From a virus (lineage: Duplodnaviria; Caudoviricetes): a stretch of 64,000 nucleotides of DNA. The DNA lies in the IMG/VR virus record IMGVR_UViG_3300031555_004297, one strand, 5' to 3'. This document shows, piece after piece, positions 47,269 through 56,760 of this stretch (positions within the stretch are counted from its first letter, which is position 1; each line of letters starts with the position of its first letter). Below the pieces are notes generated by a model. It was not told where the DNA came from, did no database searches, and saw nothing but the letters and a program-made list of their open reading frames with translations. Both the position numbers and the translations under genes were made by a program.

Positions 47269-49920
47269 ATGAAAATGATGGATGAACTGAAACCTTTGTT
47301 TCTTTATCCCAAATCTATGAAAGTACATGCTCCTGTAAACGAAAAAGATAAGAAAAAAGGAGCTGCTATTATGCTCCTTAGTAAAGATACAACAACCTCG
47401 TCTAAAATGATGAGATTGCCATATCTTCATAATCCTAATCTTTTCTCAGCATATTATATTGACAGAAATGCCATGGCATATATCGATAATGTCGGTATTG
47501 AAAATATAGATTTTGATGAAAAGGAAGCTGAAAGCATTTCTGAAGGAATTATCTTCAGCTCTATTGGGAAAACAAAATTTAAATTCGATGACAAGGCTAC
47601 TGTCATCGATACAAGGAGAATTCAGGAAGTCTTTAGCCAGAAGTCTATCGAAGAGTTTGCTAAAGGAATTAGAACTACAAAAACTCCAGAAACCATTAAG
47701 ATTATAGTCTATCCAAATGTATCCGCTCTTAGAAGTGCTGCTCCTAAGAATATTCAGAATGTTTATGGAGATTACTTATATTCATTCGTATCCAATGATG
47801 CAGTTCATGTTATGTCTTATGCATATTATGATGAAGAGCTCATGGGAGGTAATTATATTGTATATCTCAGAAAAGCACTATATCAATTCTTGATCGAGTT
47901 CTATAATGATGATATTCCTACCACAATGTCTCATGTAATTGCATCAGGTCTTTCTGGTCAAGCCGCTTGGCTTAGCGAGAATAAGAGTAGAAATAGATAT
48001 AATCTCGGAGAGCTTAAGAAACTTGCTGAACAGATAGAGAATATGGCTAGGCCTAAAGCTTGGGAGCTTACAAGGGAATATATTAAGCATAATGATATAA
48101 ATATTTTTAGAAGATATCAAGCAAATCAATTTATTGGTATTGCTAAGAGATTAATCTTTGAGAGCTCACTTAGCTATATGCAGCGTGAAAGACTTCTTCC
48201 TTCCGAATTTGGTCTTCCTAACAAGAGAAAATATCCAATGCATGATGAAGAACATGTTCGTCTTGCTTTGAAGATGTTTAATAATGCAGATGAAGATGAG
48301 GAAGAAGAGCTTGCAAATAATATTGTAAAGAAAGCTAAATATTTTGGTATTACTGATCTTAAAGCTAGTGCAGCAAATAGATTCAGAAAATTCTACGATC
48401 CTGCCACGCTTAAACCAGTAGATCCTAATGCTAAAAATAAAAAGAGTGATGGCAGTGTTAAGCAAGAATTTGCTATACTTGAAGCTGGTCCTCTTGGTAC
48501 TGATTATATGGATATTGTAAAGATCTGTAATAATTTAAGTGCTAATGAGCTTTCTCGTATCACGTTCTATGATACCTATAGAAATTCTAATTTTGTAGCT
48601 AAGCGTATTATTAAAAGAGTAGGTCCAGAACCTGCTGGATTTCTTGATGCATATATCTTTCCTTCTAATCCTGATCTTGCACAGATCGTAATTGCAGTTG
48701 ATCCTAGGTTTAGAGGTCAGCATGTTGCAGATGATATGGTGGATGAGCTTCTTAATGGAGATTTTGCTAAAACGTATGAGTTTAAGATCTTCTATTGGAC
48801 TGCTCATCCCGATAATGCTGCTTCTCAAGCATTGGCATCAAAACATGGATTTATTGATACGGGCCATCTAGATAAATATGGCCGTAAAGTTTTCATTAAG
48901 AAAGTTAAAGATGACAATGAAATCTGGAAAGAGATCCCTGCTCATATGAAGCCGGCTCATTCTTCTGAAGAGGTTGTTGAGACAGAGCTTTCTTTTGTTA
49001 CTAAAGAGATGGCTCTTCTTACTGAAAGTAAGGATAGAGAATATTCTCAGAAACTTAAAGCGTATTTATATAAAGAACGTATCAGAAATAATAAAGATGC
49101 TGTTCTTCTTTATGATAGAATCAAAGAATCTAATCCTGAGATCAAGAAGACATATATCAAACTTGAGATGTATAGAAACTTTAATCTTTTCGTAGATCTT
49201 TCTTACTATCATGGATTATTCTTGAAGAATAATGCAACTGTTCTTGATAGAGCTGTCAACTTCTATTTTGAGTTTATCAATAGACTCATTAACAATAGTG
49301 AAGTTAATGCTACTTATAAGAAACAAACTATTTTTATTCCTGTAGACCTCTCTGCATGGGATGTTGCGAACGATACTGACCTGACAGACTATAAGAAGAG
49401 TTTGAACCCAATTTCAATTATCTGTCGTCTTATACGCACCAATCCAGAGGCTCTCAGGAAGGCTTGGGGAAATAAATCTATTGTCTTCGTTGGAACTAGA
49501 GGATATTTCACAGTAGATTTCAAGGACTTCGATATTAAGAAGCTTGCTAGATTTAAGAATAATCTTAAGAAGCTTACTTCTGATTCAGAAGTAGTTATAG
49601 ATGACTATGAAACTGATCCAGATGTTCTTGGAGGAGAAGACAAAGATACTCCTAAAGCTAGAGCTGCTAGAATGATCGATAAGATTGAACAAGGAAGTGG
49701 AGTATCTATCAATAATATTGAAAAGATTGATATTCCTGTTCAAGCCATTGAGCATCTTGCTATGAAGACTGGAGTTCTCGATATTGATCCTGCTTCTGCT
49801 ACATCTGTTAATGGTATTGCTATCGTAGCTCTTGATGTTGACGATAAGCATGAGGCTCTTGCAAATACCGTATTTAATAAAGCTAAAGGAATCGATACAT
49901 TCTGTCTTCCTAATAAATAA
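47269..49920 (+). CDS. Multidomain (polyvalent) protein with GNAT acetyltransferase and a domain shared with the RNAP beta N-terminus
   Basis: IAVDPRFRGQHVA and HPDNAASQALASKHGF (GNAT); FGLPNKRKYPMHDEEHVRLA module; late promoter 47233-47244. Confidence 0.75.
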   Translation: MKMMDELKPLFLYPKSMKVHAPVNEKDKKKGAAIMLLSKDTTTSSKMMRLPYLHNPNLFSAYYIDRNAMAYIDNVGIENIDFDEKEAESISEGIIFSSIGKTKFKFDDKATVIDTRRIQEVFSQKSIEEFAKGIRTTKTPETIKIIVYPNVSALRSAAPKNIQNVYGDYLYSFVSNDAVHVMSYAYYDEELMGGNYIVYLRKALYQFLIEFYNDDIPTTMSHVIASGLSGQAAWLSENKSRNRYNLGELKKLAEQIENMARPKAWELTREYIKHNDINIFRRYQANQFIGIAKRLIFESSLSYMQRERLLPSEFGLPNKRKYPMHDEEHVRLALKMFNNADEDEEEELANNIVKKAKYFGITDLKASAANRFRKFYDPATLKPVDPNAKNKKSDGSVKQEFAILEAGPLGTDYMDIVKICNNLSANELSRITFYDTYRNSNFVAKRIIKRVGPEPAGFLDAYIFPSNPDLAQIVIAVDPRFRGQHVADDMVDELLNGDFAKTYEFKIFYWTAHPDNAASQALASKHGFIDTGHLDKYGRKVFIKKVKDDNEIWKEIPAHMKPAHSSEEVVETELSFVTKEMALLTESKDREYSQKLKAYLYKERIRNNKDAVLLYDRIKESNPEIKKTYIKLEMYRNFNLFVDLSYYHGLFLKNNATVLDRAVNFYFEFINRLINNSEVNATYKKQTIFIPVDLSAWDVANDTDLTDYKKSLNPISIICRLIRTNPEALRKAWGNKSIVFVGTRGYFTVDFKDFDIKKLARFKNNLKKLTSDSEVVIDDYETDPDVLGGEDKDTPKARAARMIDKIEQGSGVSINNIEKIDIPVQAIEHLAMKTGVLDIDPASATSVNGIAIVALDVDDKHEALANTVFNKAKGIDTFCLPNK

Positions 49921-49962
49921 AAAAAATAACCGCTAGAGGGATTTCCTCTAGCGGTTTTTATA

Positions 49963-51720
49963 TTAATTAAATTCGTATACGTTATGTACAGCACTAGGTA
50001 CAAGGAACTGATTACAAGTTGCCATAATACCAATAATGCGAGCAACAGTATCAAGAATCGTAACGTCAGACATAATAGAAGTCTTAACATTGGTATCCCA
50101 TTTCTTGGTACGAATATTGTATACCATGGGTTCAGTTGCGCATGCATTAATCTTAATAATGTCAAACTTATCAGGAACGTCTCCTACATCTTCTGTAGCA
50201 TAAAGCGTAAGAACAAGCTCTCTATAAGCTGAATAGATAGCTTTATACAAAGCATTTTCTAGAGGATCTCCAGTTACAGCTACTTCAGAAGTGGCATTAT
50301 CGCTGTCAGCTGCATCAACATTATACAGTTCTACAATAGCTTTTACAGCAGACAGATTAGCAGCAAGGCCAACACCATTAGCTCCAGCGGAACGCAGGTT
50401 AAGTACAGCATCTTCTACAAGATCGCGGAGAGCATCTCTATCAGTTTGTGTAAGTCCACCCACATAAAGCTCTACCATATTACATTCAAGCGAATGCAGG
50501 CGACGCTTAAGAGTTCCGATAGTTCTAGCATCTTCACCCTCCTTAGAAGCGCGATCAATCTCTGTTCTAAGGAAAGCAATAAGATTATTGTAGATTTCAG
50601 AATATGATCCATCTTCATTACGAAGAAGAGACGGGTTAACAAAAGTTGTCTTCTCAGAATAAGAAACAACCTTATCACAATGTCCAGCCCAGTTCTTAAT
50701 CGTAGACGGAGTGGGAGCTCTTCCAGCTTCTACATCGGCCTGATATACCTTAGGATCAATATACTTACGAATCATCTTCGCACCGCACATTCTTGCAAGA
50801 TCCTCAAGCTGCTCAGGCTCATGATACTCGGTAATCACGCACACGGGAAGCTTATTTTCAGAAGATGCCTGAGCCATATAATTGATAAGACTATCCATAG
50901 AACCAGACAAATCCTGAGAAATCTTAGGAGCAAAGATTACAGTGGGCACAATCTCATCATAGTTTCCATCATTTACAGGAGTAATGAGATTCTGAGAAAT
51001 AATAGAACTAAGATAAGCAGCCATTTCTGCTGTATCTACAGGATGCTCAAAGAAGTAAAGTTCAGGATTAGGAACTTCACACGTATTGGTTTTGGGATTG
51101 GTAATGTAACAGGGATTATTATAACCACTATTAAGGGTCATACCATCATAGCTCTTGATTACCATCTCAGTGCCCATCGCGGGGCTTACATCGATATATG
51201 CACTGTTACCAAACTGCTCATAAATCTTATAAAGCGTCTGGGCAACAAATTCATTACCATTTGTAGAAATCATTGCAATATCATATACATCCTGAAGGGT
51301 GAGCTCAGTTGCAGACATCTTGATTCTAGCTTTAATATTTTCTACGACCTTTTCAAGAGCCTTAACAATCTCTACAGGTCTATACTTTCCAGAGGCTTCG
51401 ATCTCCTTAATCTGATTAAAGATAAGATTAGAAAGAAGTACTGCCGAAGTAGTACCATCGCCAACAGTCTTTACGATGTGACGAGTAATAGACTCGATGT
51501 CATCCTTAATAGACTGCTCGATAATACCATTATACTGAATAGATCCGAGAATGCTATGGCCATCTTTTGTATAACGAGCAAATGCATTCTCTTTCTTCAA
51601 ACAAGCATTAGATCCATTAGGACCAAATGAATGCACAAGAATCTCAGAAAGCTCTCCAAGAACATTCGACTGAACTGTTCTCAGTGTAGAGCCTCTAACT
51701 ACGTTGTTGATAATTTTCAT
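49963..51720 (-). CDS. Phage GroEL-like chaperonin
   Basis: SFGPNG, TKDGHSIL, VGDGTTSA, VEDAV. Confidence 0.92.
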   Translation of the reverse strand: MKIINNVVRGSTLRTVQSNVLGELSEILVHSFGPNGSNACLKKENAFARYTKDGHSILGSIQYNGIIEQSIKDDIESITRHIVKTVGDGTTSAVLLSNLIFNQIKEIEASGKYRPVEIVKALEKVVENIKARIKMSATELTLQDVYDIAMISTNGNEFVAQTLYKIYEQFGNSAYIDVSPAMGTEMVIKSYDGMTLNSGYNNPCYITNPKTNTCEVPNPELYFFEHPVDTAEMAAYLSSIISQNLITPVNDGNYDEIVPTVIFAPKISQDLSGSMDSLINYMAQASSENKLPVCVITEYHEPEQLEDLARMCGAKMIRKYIDPKVYQADVEAGRAPTPSTIKNWAGHCDKVVSYSEKTTFVNPSLLRNEDGSYSEIYNNLIAFLRTEIDRASKEGEDARTIGTLKRRLHSLECNMVELYVGGLTQTDRDALRDLVEDAVLNLRSAGANGVGLAANLSAVKAIVELYNVDAADSDNATSEVAVTGDPLENALYKAIYSAYRELVLTLYATEDVGDVPDKFDIIKINACATEPMVYNIRTKKWDTNVKTSIMSDVTILDTVARIIGIMATCNQFLVPSAVHNVYEFN

Positions 51721-51738
51721 AGTTCGATTTCTCCTTTA

Positions 51739-52404
51739 TTAGTTTTCGTCCTGATCAGTGATATATGCTGACATAATTTCAATGTCATGGATATCTCCTA
51801 GATTAATAACAAGTTCAGGGCTTAATAATGTAAAGTCATCTTCGCTATAGTTTTCACTAAAGTTTAAAACAACAATACTTTTGGGACCTGGATAATCATA
51901 CATTAGAGCATGTTTATAGTTTCCGACAATTACTCTATTGTATTTGGTAAGGTCCACATCTTTACGCTCCCCTGTTTCGATAGCCACACTTGGGAACTCT
52001 TGAGTTACAAACTTCTTCTGTGCTTCATTTTCGCAATACACGGCTATCTTAACAATATCACCTCTACCTATTTTACTATAAGCAGAAATAAGGGTAGTAG
52101 CATTTGTCTTGAAAGCGTATTTGCCAAGAATGCACATTTCGTAATCGGCCCAAAGAGCATTAAGGACAGATTCAGAATGTTGTTTAAATTCATCTCCTAT
52201 CATAAGAGATTTAAAAACATCATCCTTATTTTGAGTTCTAGCTAATTTCCAGTCTAGGTCGGATGTATAAAGAACTCTGTGTTTATCAAAGTTCTGTAAT
52301 GCAGTCTCCCTATACTCACCAGCTAAAAACTTGATTGTAGAAATTTCTCTATCAATAAGAGAGTAGAAATCAAATAAAACACTGTTTTGCATAGTTTCAC
52401 ACAT
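51739..52404 (-). CDS. Hypothetical protein
   Basis: ORF in operon. Confidence 0.65.
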   Translation of the reverse strand: MCETMQNSVLFDFYSLIDREISTIKFLAGEYRETALQNFDKHRVLYTSDLDWKLARTQNKDDVFKSLMIGDEFKQHSESVLNALWADYEMCILGKYAFKTNATTLISAYSKIGRGDIVKIAVYCENEAQKKFVTQEFPSVAIETGERKDVDLTKYNRVIVGNYKHALMYDYPGPKSIVVLNFSENYSEDDFTLLSPELVINLGDIHDIEIMSAYITDQDEN

Positions 52405-52461
52405 CCTTTAAAAAATAAAGAGGGTTGACCGTATTATGATCAACCCTCTGCATAATTTTGA

Positions 52462-53256
52462 TTACTCGAGGTCTTCCATGGTAGCAGAGCCGTAACTTAC
52501 TCCAGAAGAGAAGTTGGAACTACTGCTAGAATTATTTCCATTTGCGGGATTGTTGAAAAACGAATTCTTAGAATATCTATTGCCATTAGAATATGACTTA
52601 GCAGTTTCAACTCCAAGAGCCTGAGCAATTGCGTCAATCTTCTTATCTACGCGATCGAACGAGAATTTACGCTCATCCATTACCGTAAATGCAATGGCCT
52701 TAGTAGAAGCCTTTACATACTCGTCAAGTACAGTGAGCATCTCAAGAAGCTCAAGATTATCATACGCATCATACTCTCTATCGAAGTTCTTTCCATCAAA
52801 GTTTCTAAGAGAGAAATGATAATGAGTCTTAAATTCATAAGCGAAGCTACCAACAATTTCGCCATTCTCGCTAAGCTTACGAATTGTAACAAAGGGAGTA
52901 TTCTTTCCATACTCTGCACCATTAGAAATAGTAATAGCTGCAGTACCAGAAGGAACACCTACAGAATTATATGCTACAGGATCCTTCATGAACAGCTCGA
53001 TCTCGTTCTTAAGCATACGAGCCTTAGTGTGGGACAGATAGATGGTAATTCCATTGTCCATATCGAAGGATACCTCGTCGTTACCTGTCTGCTTTCTAGG
53101 ATAAATACCGATACAGAGGCTATTTTTCCAGAATCTGAAATTCAAACAAGTAGCGTCTACTTCGGATTCAGCGTTATTCATACGATAAGAGTATACAGTA
53201 ACGCCAGGGTCGTTAGACTTTGCAGTCTGATTGTTGTTGTAAGTTCCAAATGCCAT
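52462..53256 (-). CDS. Conserved phage protein with N/S-rich linker and acidic C-terminal tip (SSB-like architecture)
   Basis: Beta-rich core; tail NGNNSSSSSN...MEDLE. Confidence 0.45.
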   Translation of the reverse strand: MAFGTYNNNQTAKSNDPGVTVYSYRMNNAESEVDATCLNFRFWKNSLCIGIYPRKQTGNDEVSFDMDNGITIYLSHTKARMLKNEIELFMKDPVAYNSVGVPSGTAAITISNGAEYGKNTPFVTIRKLSENGEIVGSFAYEFKTHYHFSLRNFDGKNFDREYDAYDNLELLEMLTVLDEYVKASTKAIAFTVMDERKFSFDRVDKKIDAIAQALGVETAKSYSNGNRYSKNSFFNNPANGNNSSSSSNFSSGVSYGSATMEDLE

Positions 53257-53317
53257 GATTTGTTTCTCCTTTATTATTTATAAAAATTTATTTATTTGTT
53301 TTAGATTGGTTAACTAA

Positions 53318-54793
53318 TTAAAGTGATTTGAAAACGTCAGTTACAATATCTAGCATTTTCTTTTCACTATGGTAGATTTCAAACTTTCCACCATTCTTCT
53401 TTATAATATCTCCAATAGCTTCATAAGACTTCTTAGTTTTATCATCAAGCTTACCGAATTCATCATAGATTACAAGAAATGTCTTACTATAATGAGAAGC
53501 TTCAGTAGCTTCTACAAATGAGTAAGGTCCTACATGATCTCCTACAATCACTACAAAAAGATTCAGTTTAGCATCTGCTTTAACTTCATCCTCTTTAGCA
53601 ATGCATTCTGGGGTCCAATTAGGTACAATAGGATTAAAGAGCTCGTACTCTTTCTTCTTTTTATCATCAGACTGCTTCCAAAGTTCAATAAACTGCTCTC
53701 TCCAATCTGAGTTTACAGTACCACCAAGGAAGATCTGATTTGATTTAGGTTTAAAGTTCTTTGCTGTGAAAATAAGTTCTTTAGTAGAAAATCCAGCTGC
53801 TTTAGGATGTCCTCCACCACCAAATTTTTCAGCAAATGTTTTAGCATTAAAGGAGCAATGCTCATCTGCATAAACAGAGTACTCCCACTTTCCAGATTTG
53901 CCACTATAATTGAACAGAATTGCCTGTCCATATCTAGCAAGCTCATCTGCAAAGTTCCAGCTATTGCCAGTTGCATTCTTACAGATAAACTTGGTTCCAT
54001 CAATTACATATGTAAATGTATCTTCAAGTTCTCTATCATAACGCATTCCAATATATGCTTGTACAGTCTTTCCCTTATTAACGATTTCTTCTACATATTC
54101 AACATCGGTTAGGATATCCCATACAGCATTATTAAATTTAGGGCTTTCAGTGTCTTCATCGATACAGATACTTGTATCAGTAAGTTCAGCACCAAGAATA
54201 AACTGATCGCTACGTTTGTCCATTTTCTTCCAACAATCGTAGTCATCGACAAAATAAAGCCATAACGGAATTGCAATATCATATTCATGATAAACCCCAT
54301 CAGCTTTATTCTTTTTATTTGTTTTAGAAGCCATTACTTTAATAGCGCCTTTTGCACCATAAGCAGCTTCAATAAGGTATTCTTCATCTTCTTCAATATG
54401 CCTAATCTGCTGTAATTCATTCTGAGGGCATTTGAAAAAAGAATAGACAAGTGCGGCACCACATGCGCACTTGGAAACAAAATACGTTAAGTTACTAATA
54501 GCTTGCAATTCGTCTTTATGCTTCTCAATTACGTCTAGTGATGATGCGTGATGATCAATCCATGTTACAGTTCTTGCAGTTTTACAAAGTTCAATTAGTT
54601 GATCATAAGTCGAGTGGCTAATTGAAAAGTCTACAACAAATACATCATCTTTAGCGGTATGCTTATCAAATTTGCTGTTGTAGTCCATCATGATATAATC
54701 ACTCGGATGATCTTCAATTGCTGCTGGTTTCATTGTATGAACTAACCAACCAGCTGTTTTTCCATCCATGTCATTGTGATGATAAACAATCAT
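53318..54793 (-). CDS. DHH/DHHA1 phosphoesterase fused to a nucleoside-deoxyribosyltransferase-like domain
   Basis: HNDMDG, VVDFS, WIDHH, GGGGHPKAAGF; then IFLGGT...WR...FNP.V..W. Confidence 0.8.
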   Translation of the reverse strand: MIVYHHNDMDGKTAGWLVHTMKPAAIEDHPSDYIMMDYNSKFDKHTAKDDVFVVDFSISHSTYDQLIELCKTARTVTWIDHHASSLDVIEKHKDELQAISNLTYFVSKCACGAALVYSFFKCPQNELQQIRHIEEDEEYLIEAAYGAKGAIKVMASKTNKKNKADGVYHEYDIAIPLWLYFVDDYDCWKKMDKRSDQFILGAELTDTSICIDEDTESPKFNNAVWDILTDVEYVEEIVNKGKTVQAYIGMRYDRELEDTFTYVIDGTKFICKNATGNSWNFADELARYGQAILFNYSGKSGKWEYSVYADEHCSFNAKTFAEKFGGGGHPKAAGFSTKELIFTAKNFKPKSNQIFLGGTVNSDWREQFIELWKQSDDKKKKEYELFNPIVPNWTPECIAKEDEVKADAKLNLFVVIVGDHVGPYSFVEATEASHYSKTFLVIYDEFGKLDDKTKKSYEAIGDIIKKNGGKFEIYHSEKKMLDIVTDVFKSL

Positions 54794-54898
54794 AATTTTC
54801 CTCCATTTTAATATCTCATAGATAATATATGATTATTTTGTAGTTACTTCTCTATTAAAATATTACTTGAACTTAATAATAAAATAGGAGGGAATGAT

Positions 54899-55279
54899 AT
54901 GAATGATATTATAAATTTCTATGATAAAATGGATTTAAAATATCCTGAAATAGGAATAGCTATACAGGATATAGATAGAAGAAATCCAGGAATGGTAAAG
55001 TTTATTATTCCTATTCTAACGCCGAATCTAGATAGCTCTAAAGCATTTAATAAGACTATCTATCAGAATAAAAATAATTTAAAGAATAAAGCTATTGCAT
55101 TTGATATCAAAAATATATCTCTTACAAATTATGTCATCATTCCTATGCCTAAGGAAGTTTGTATGTCATATGATATGGAAGAAGATCCTATTATTCCATC
55201 TGGCTCTAAATGGATCTTATCTTTCATTGGTGGAGATATAACAAAACCAAGGCCTATTGCTAGATATCTTGAAATGTAA
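54899..55279 (+). CDS. Small protein resembling a baseplate-spike OB-fold domain
   Basis: IPSGSKWILSFIGGDITKPRPI; late promoter 54870-54881. Confidence 0.45.
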   Translation: MNDIINFYDKMDLKYPEIGIAIQDIDRRNPGMVKFIIPILTPNLDSSKAFNKTIYQNKNNLKNKAIAFDIKNISLTNYVIIPMPKEVCMSYDMEEDPIIPSGSKWILSFIGGDITKPRPIARYLEM

Positions 55280-55448
55280 ACAAATCGAATACAGCTGGAG
55301 AACGCGCTCCAGCTGTATTCTTTTTTGCGGTAAAATAATTTACGGAGGAGAAATCAACAACAATGAAAAGAAAACCATCACGTCTCACCACATGGAGGTT
55401 CAGAAATTATGACAAAGGCAGTAAGTTCATCATAATTAATTTATTGTT
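55280..55448 (-). ncRNA. Candidate small RNA 3 with two anti-SD/start segments
   Basis: AACA-ATAAAT-TA (55448-55437); complements of GGAGG..ATG at 55344-55365 and 55392-55411; 14-bp stem 55287-55300/55307-55320. Confidence 0.55.
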
Positions 55449-56631
55449 AATATCTATTCTCCACAATGTCGGGATAACTTACGAAAAGTCCGTAAGATTT
55501 ATGCTTGTAAACAACTGTAGAAGAAAGTTTATCGCGAAGAGCAACAAACTTATCATATGCAGTATTCCACTTGCCAAGCTCGAACTCATCACAGTTCTGA
55601 GAGTTACGATATTCGTCACAAATAGAAATATTGCTATTGATCTGCCTCATAAGGTAAAGAGCATCATCTTCATCTTCTACATTCTTAACCTGCATTGCAA
55701 GTTCATAATAAGCAGAATCGATCATCTTAAGGTTCTTCATTCTCATTTTTCTAAGAATCTTCTGTCCCACAGATTCCTTACCAGCCGATTCGCTAAATAT
55801 CATATCATCATCGATTCTCTGAATACGACGATATACATTACCAATCTCAAGCTTTTCAAGTCTAGAGCCGGTCATTGCCTTCATATCAGCAAGAGTCTTC
55901 ATAGCTCCAATACGCTGAAGCTTGATCTGGCGGTATAGACTAAGAGTCCAGCTAAAGATAATAAACTTGCTAGTCTCGCTATTCTCATAAAGCTTCATAT
56001 TGCCATTATTGATCTTTCTATATGCATCTACGAGATCTTCTTCCATTCCATATGCATTAATAAATTCATCATTGTAAATCTCAGCAACATCGGAAGTATA
56101 GAAGATAGAATCACACTTAGAAAGATAATCTTTCAGTCCATATGCAAGAATCTCTTTATAATGGATAGACTGGGATACACGAATATGATCTTTATTGTTA
56201 GCCAGATAGATATTGAGGGCATTGCGAGCATTCTCGATAGGAGTAGAATCTCCAGTAAGATGATTAACTTCTCTAAGAAGAAGCGCTGTAAGTCCTCTTA
56301 CAGAAATATCGGTAACAGGATCGAAGAGTTTAGAATCAAACTCGACAAGATAGCTGCTAATACGATACTTCTCTTCATCATTGGCCAAATATCCATAAAT
56401 TTCATCAGCATCAATCATAGGAATAATCTTAATGCCGAAATACATATTGTCATTATTTGTTGTATATAGAACCTCTTTACACTCAGAATCTGTAAAGAAA
56501 CGATTTAATTCATTCTTTAAAGATCTAAGATCTTCAGGCTCCACAGAAGTAGTCTGATCTTTCATTCTAGCAAATACAGAATGAAAGACAGAAAAGTCGT
56601 ACATAATTTCGCTCATGTTTATATCCTCCAT
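55447..56631 (-). CDS. Probable virion/head protein
   Basis: Downstream of capsid gene; late motif 56664-56675; IFSE|SA site. Confidence 0.6.
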   Translation of the reverse strand: MEDINMSEIMYDFSVFHSVFARMKDQTTSVEPEDLRSLKNELNRFFTDSECKEVLYTTNNDNMYFGIKIIPMIDADEIYGYLANDEEKYRISSYLVEFDSKLFDPVTDISVRGLTALLLREVNHLTGDSTPIENARNALNIYLANNKDHIRVSQSIHYKEILAYGLKDYLSKCDSIFYTSDVAEIYNDEFINAYGMEEDLVDAYRKINNGNMKLYENSETSKFIIFSWTLSLYRQIKLQRIGAMKTLADMKAMTGSRLEKLEIGNVYRRIQRIDDDMIFSESAGKESVGQKILRKMRMKNLKMIDSAYYELAMQVKNVEDEDDALYLMRQINSNISICDEYRNSQNCDEFELGKWNTAYDKFVALRDKLSSTVVYKHKSYGLFVSYPDIVENRY

Positions 56632-56760
56632 TTGATTTATAGAGTATCTGATCTTTAATCAATTATTTAATAGTTGACTCAAGCAAATAACAAAAGGAAG
56701 AGAGCCGAAGCTCTCTTCCTAGTGTTTTATGATATATTCAGACTACAGGAGGTGTCAGAA

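Noticed and set aside
55363-55938. 191-aa plus-strand ORF with a strong RBS
   Set aside because: Mostly antisense to 55447-56631, begins just after a terminator with no promoter motif; the RBS is better explained as the complement of a minus-strand sRNA (not fully excluded)
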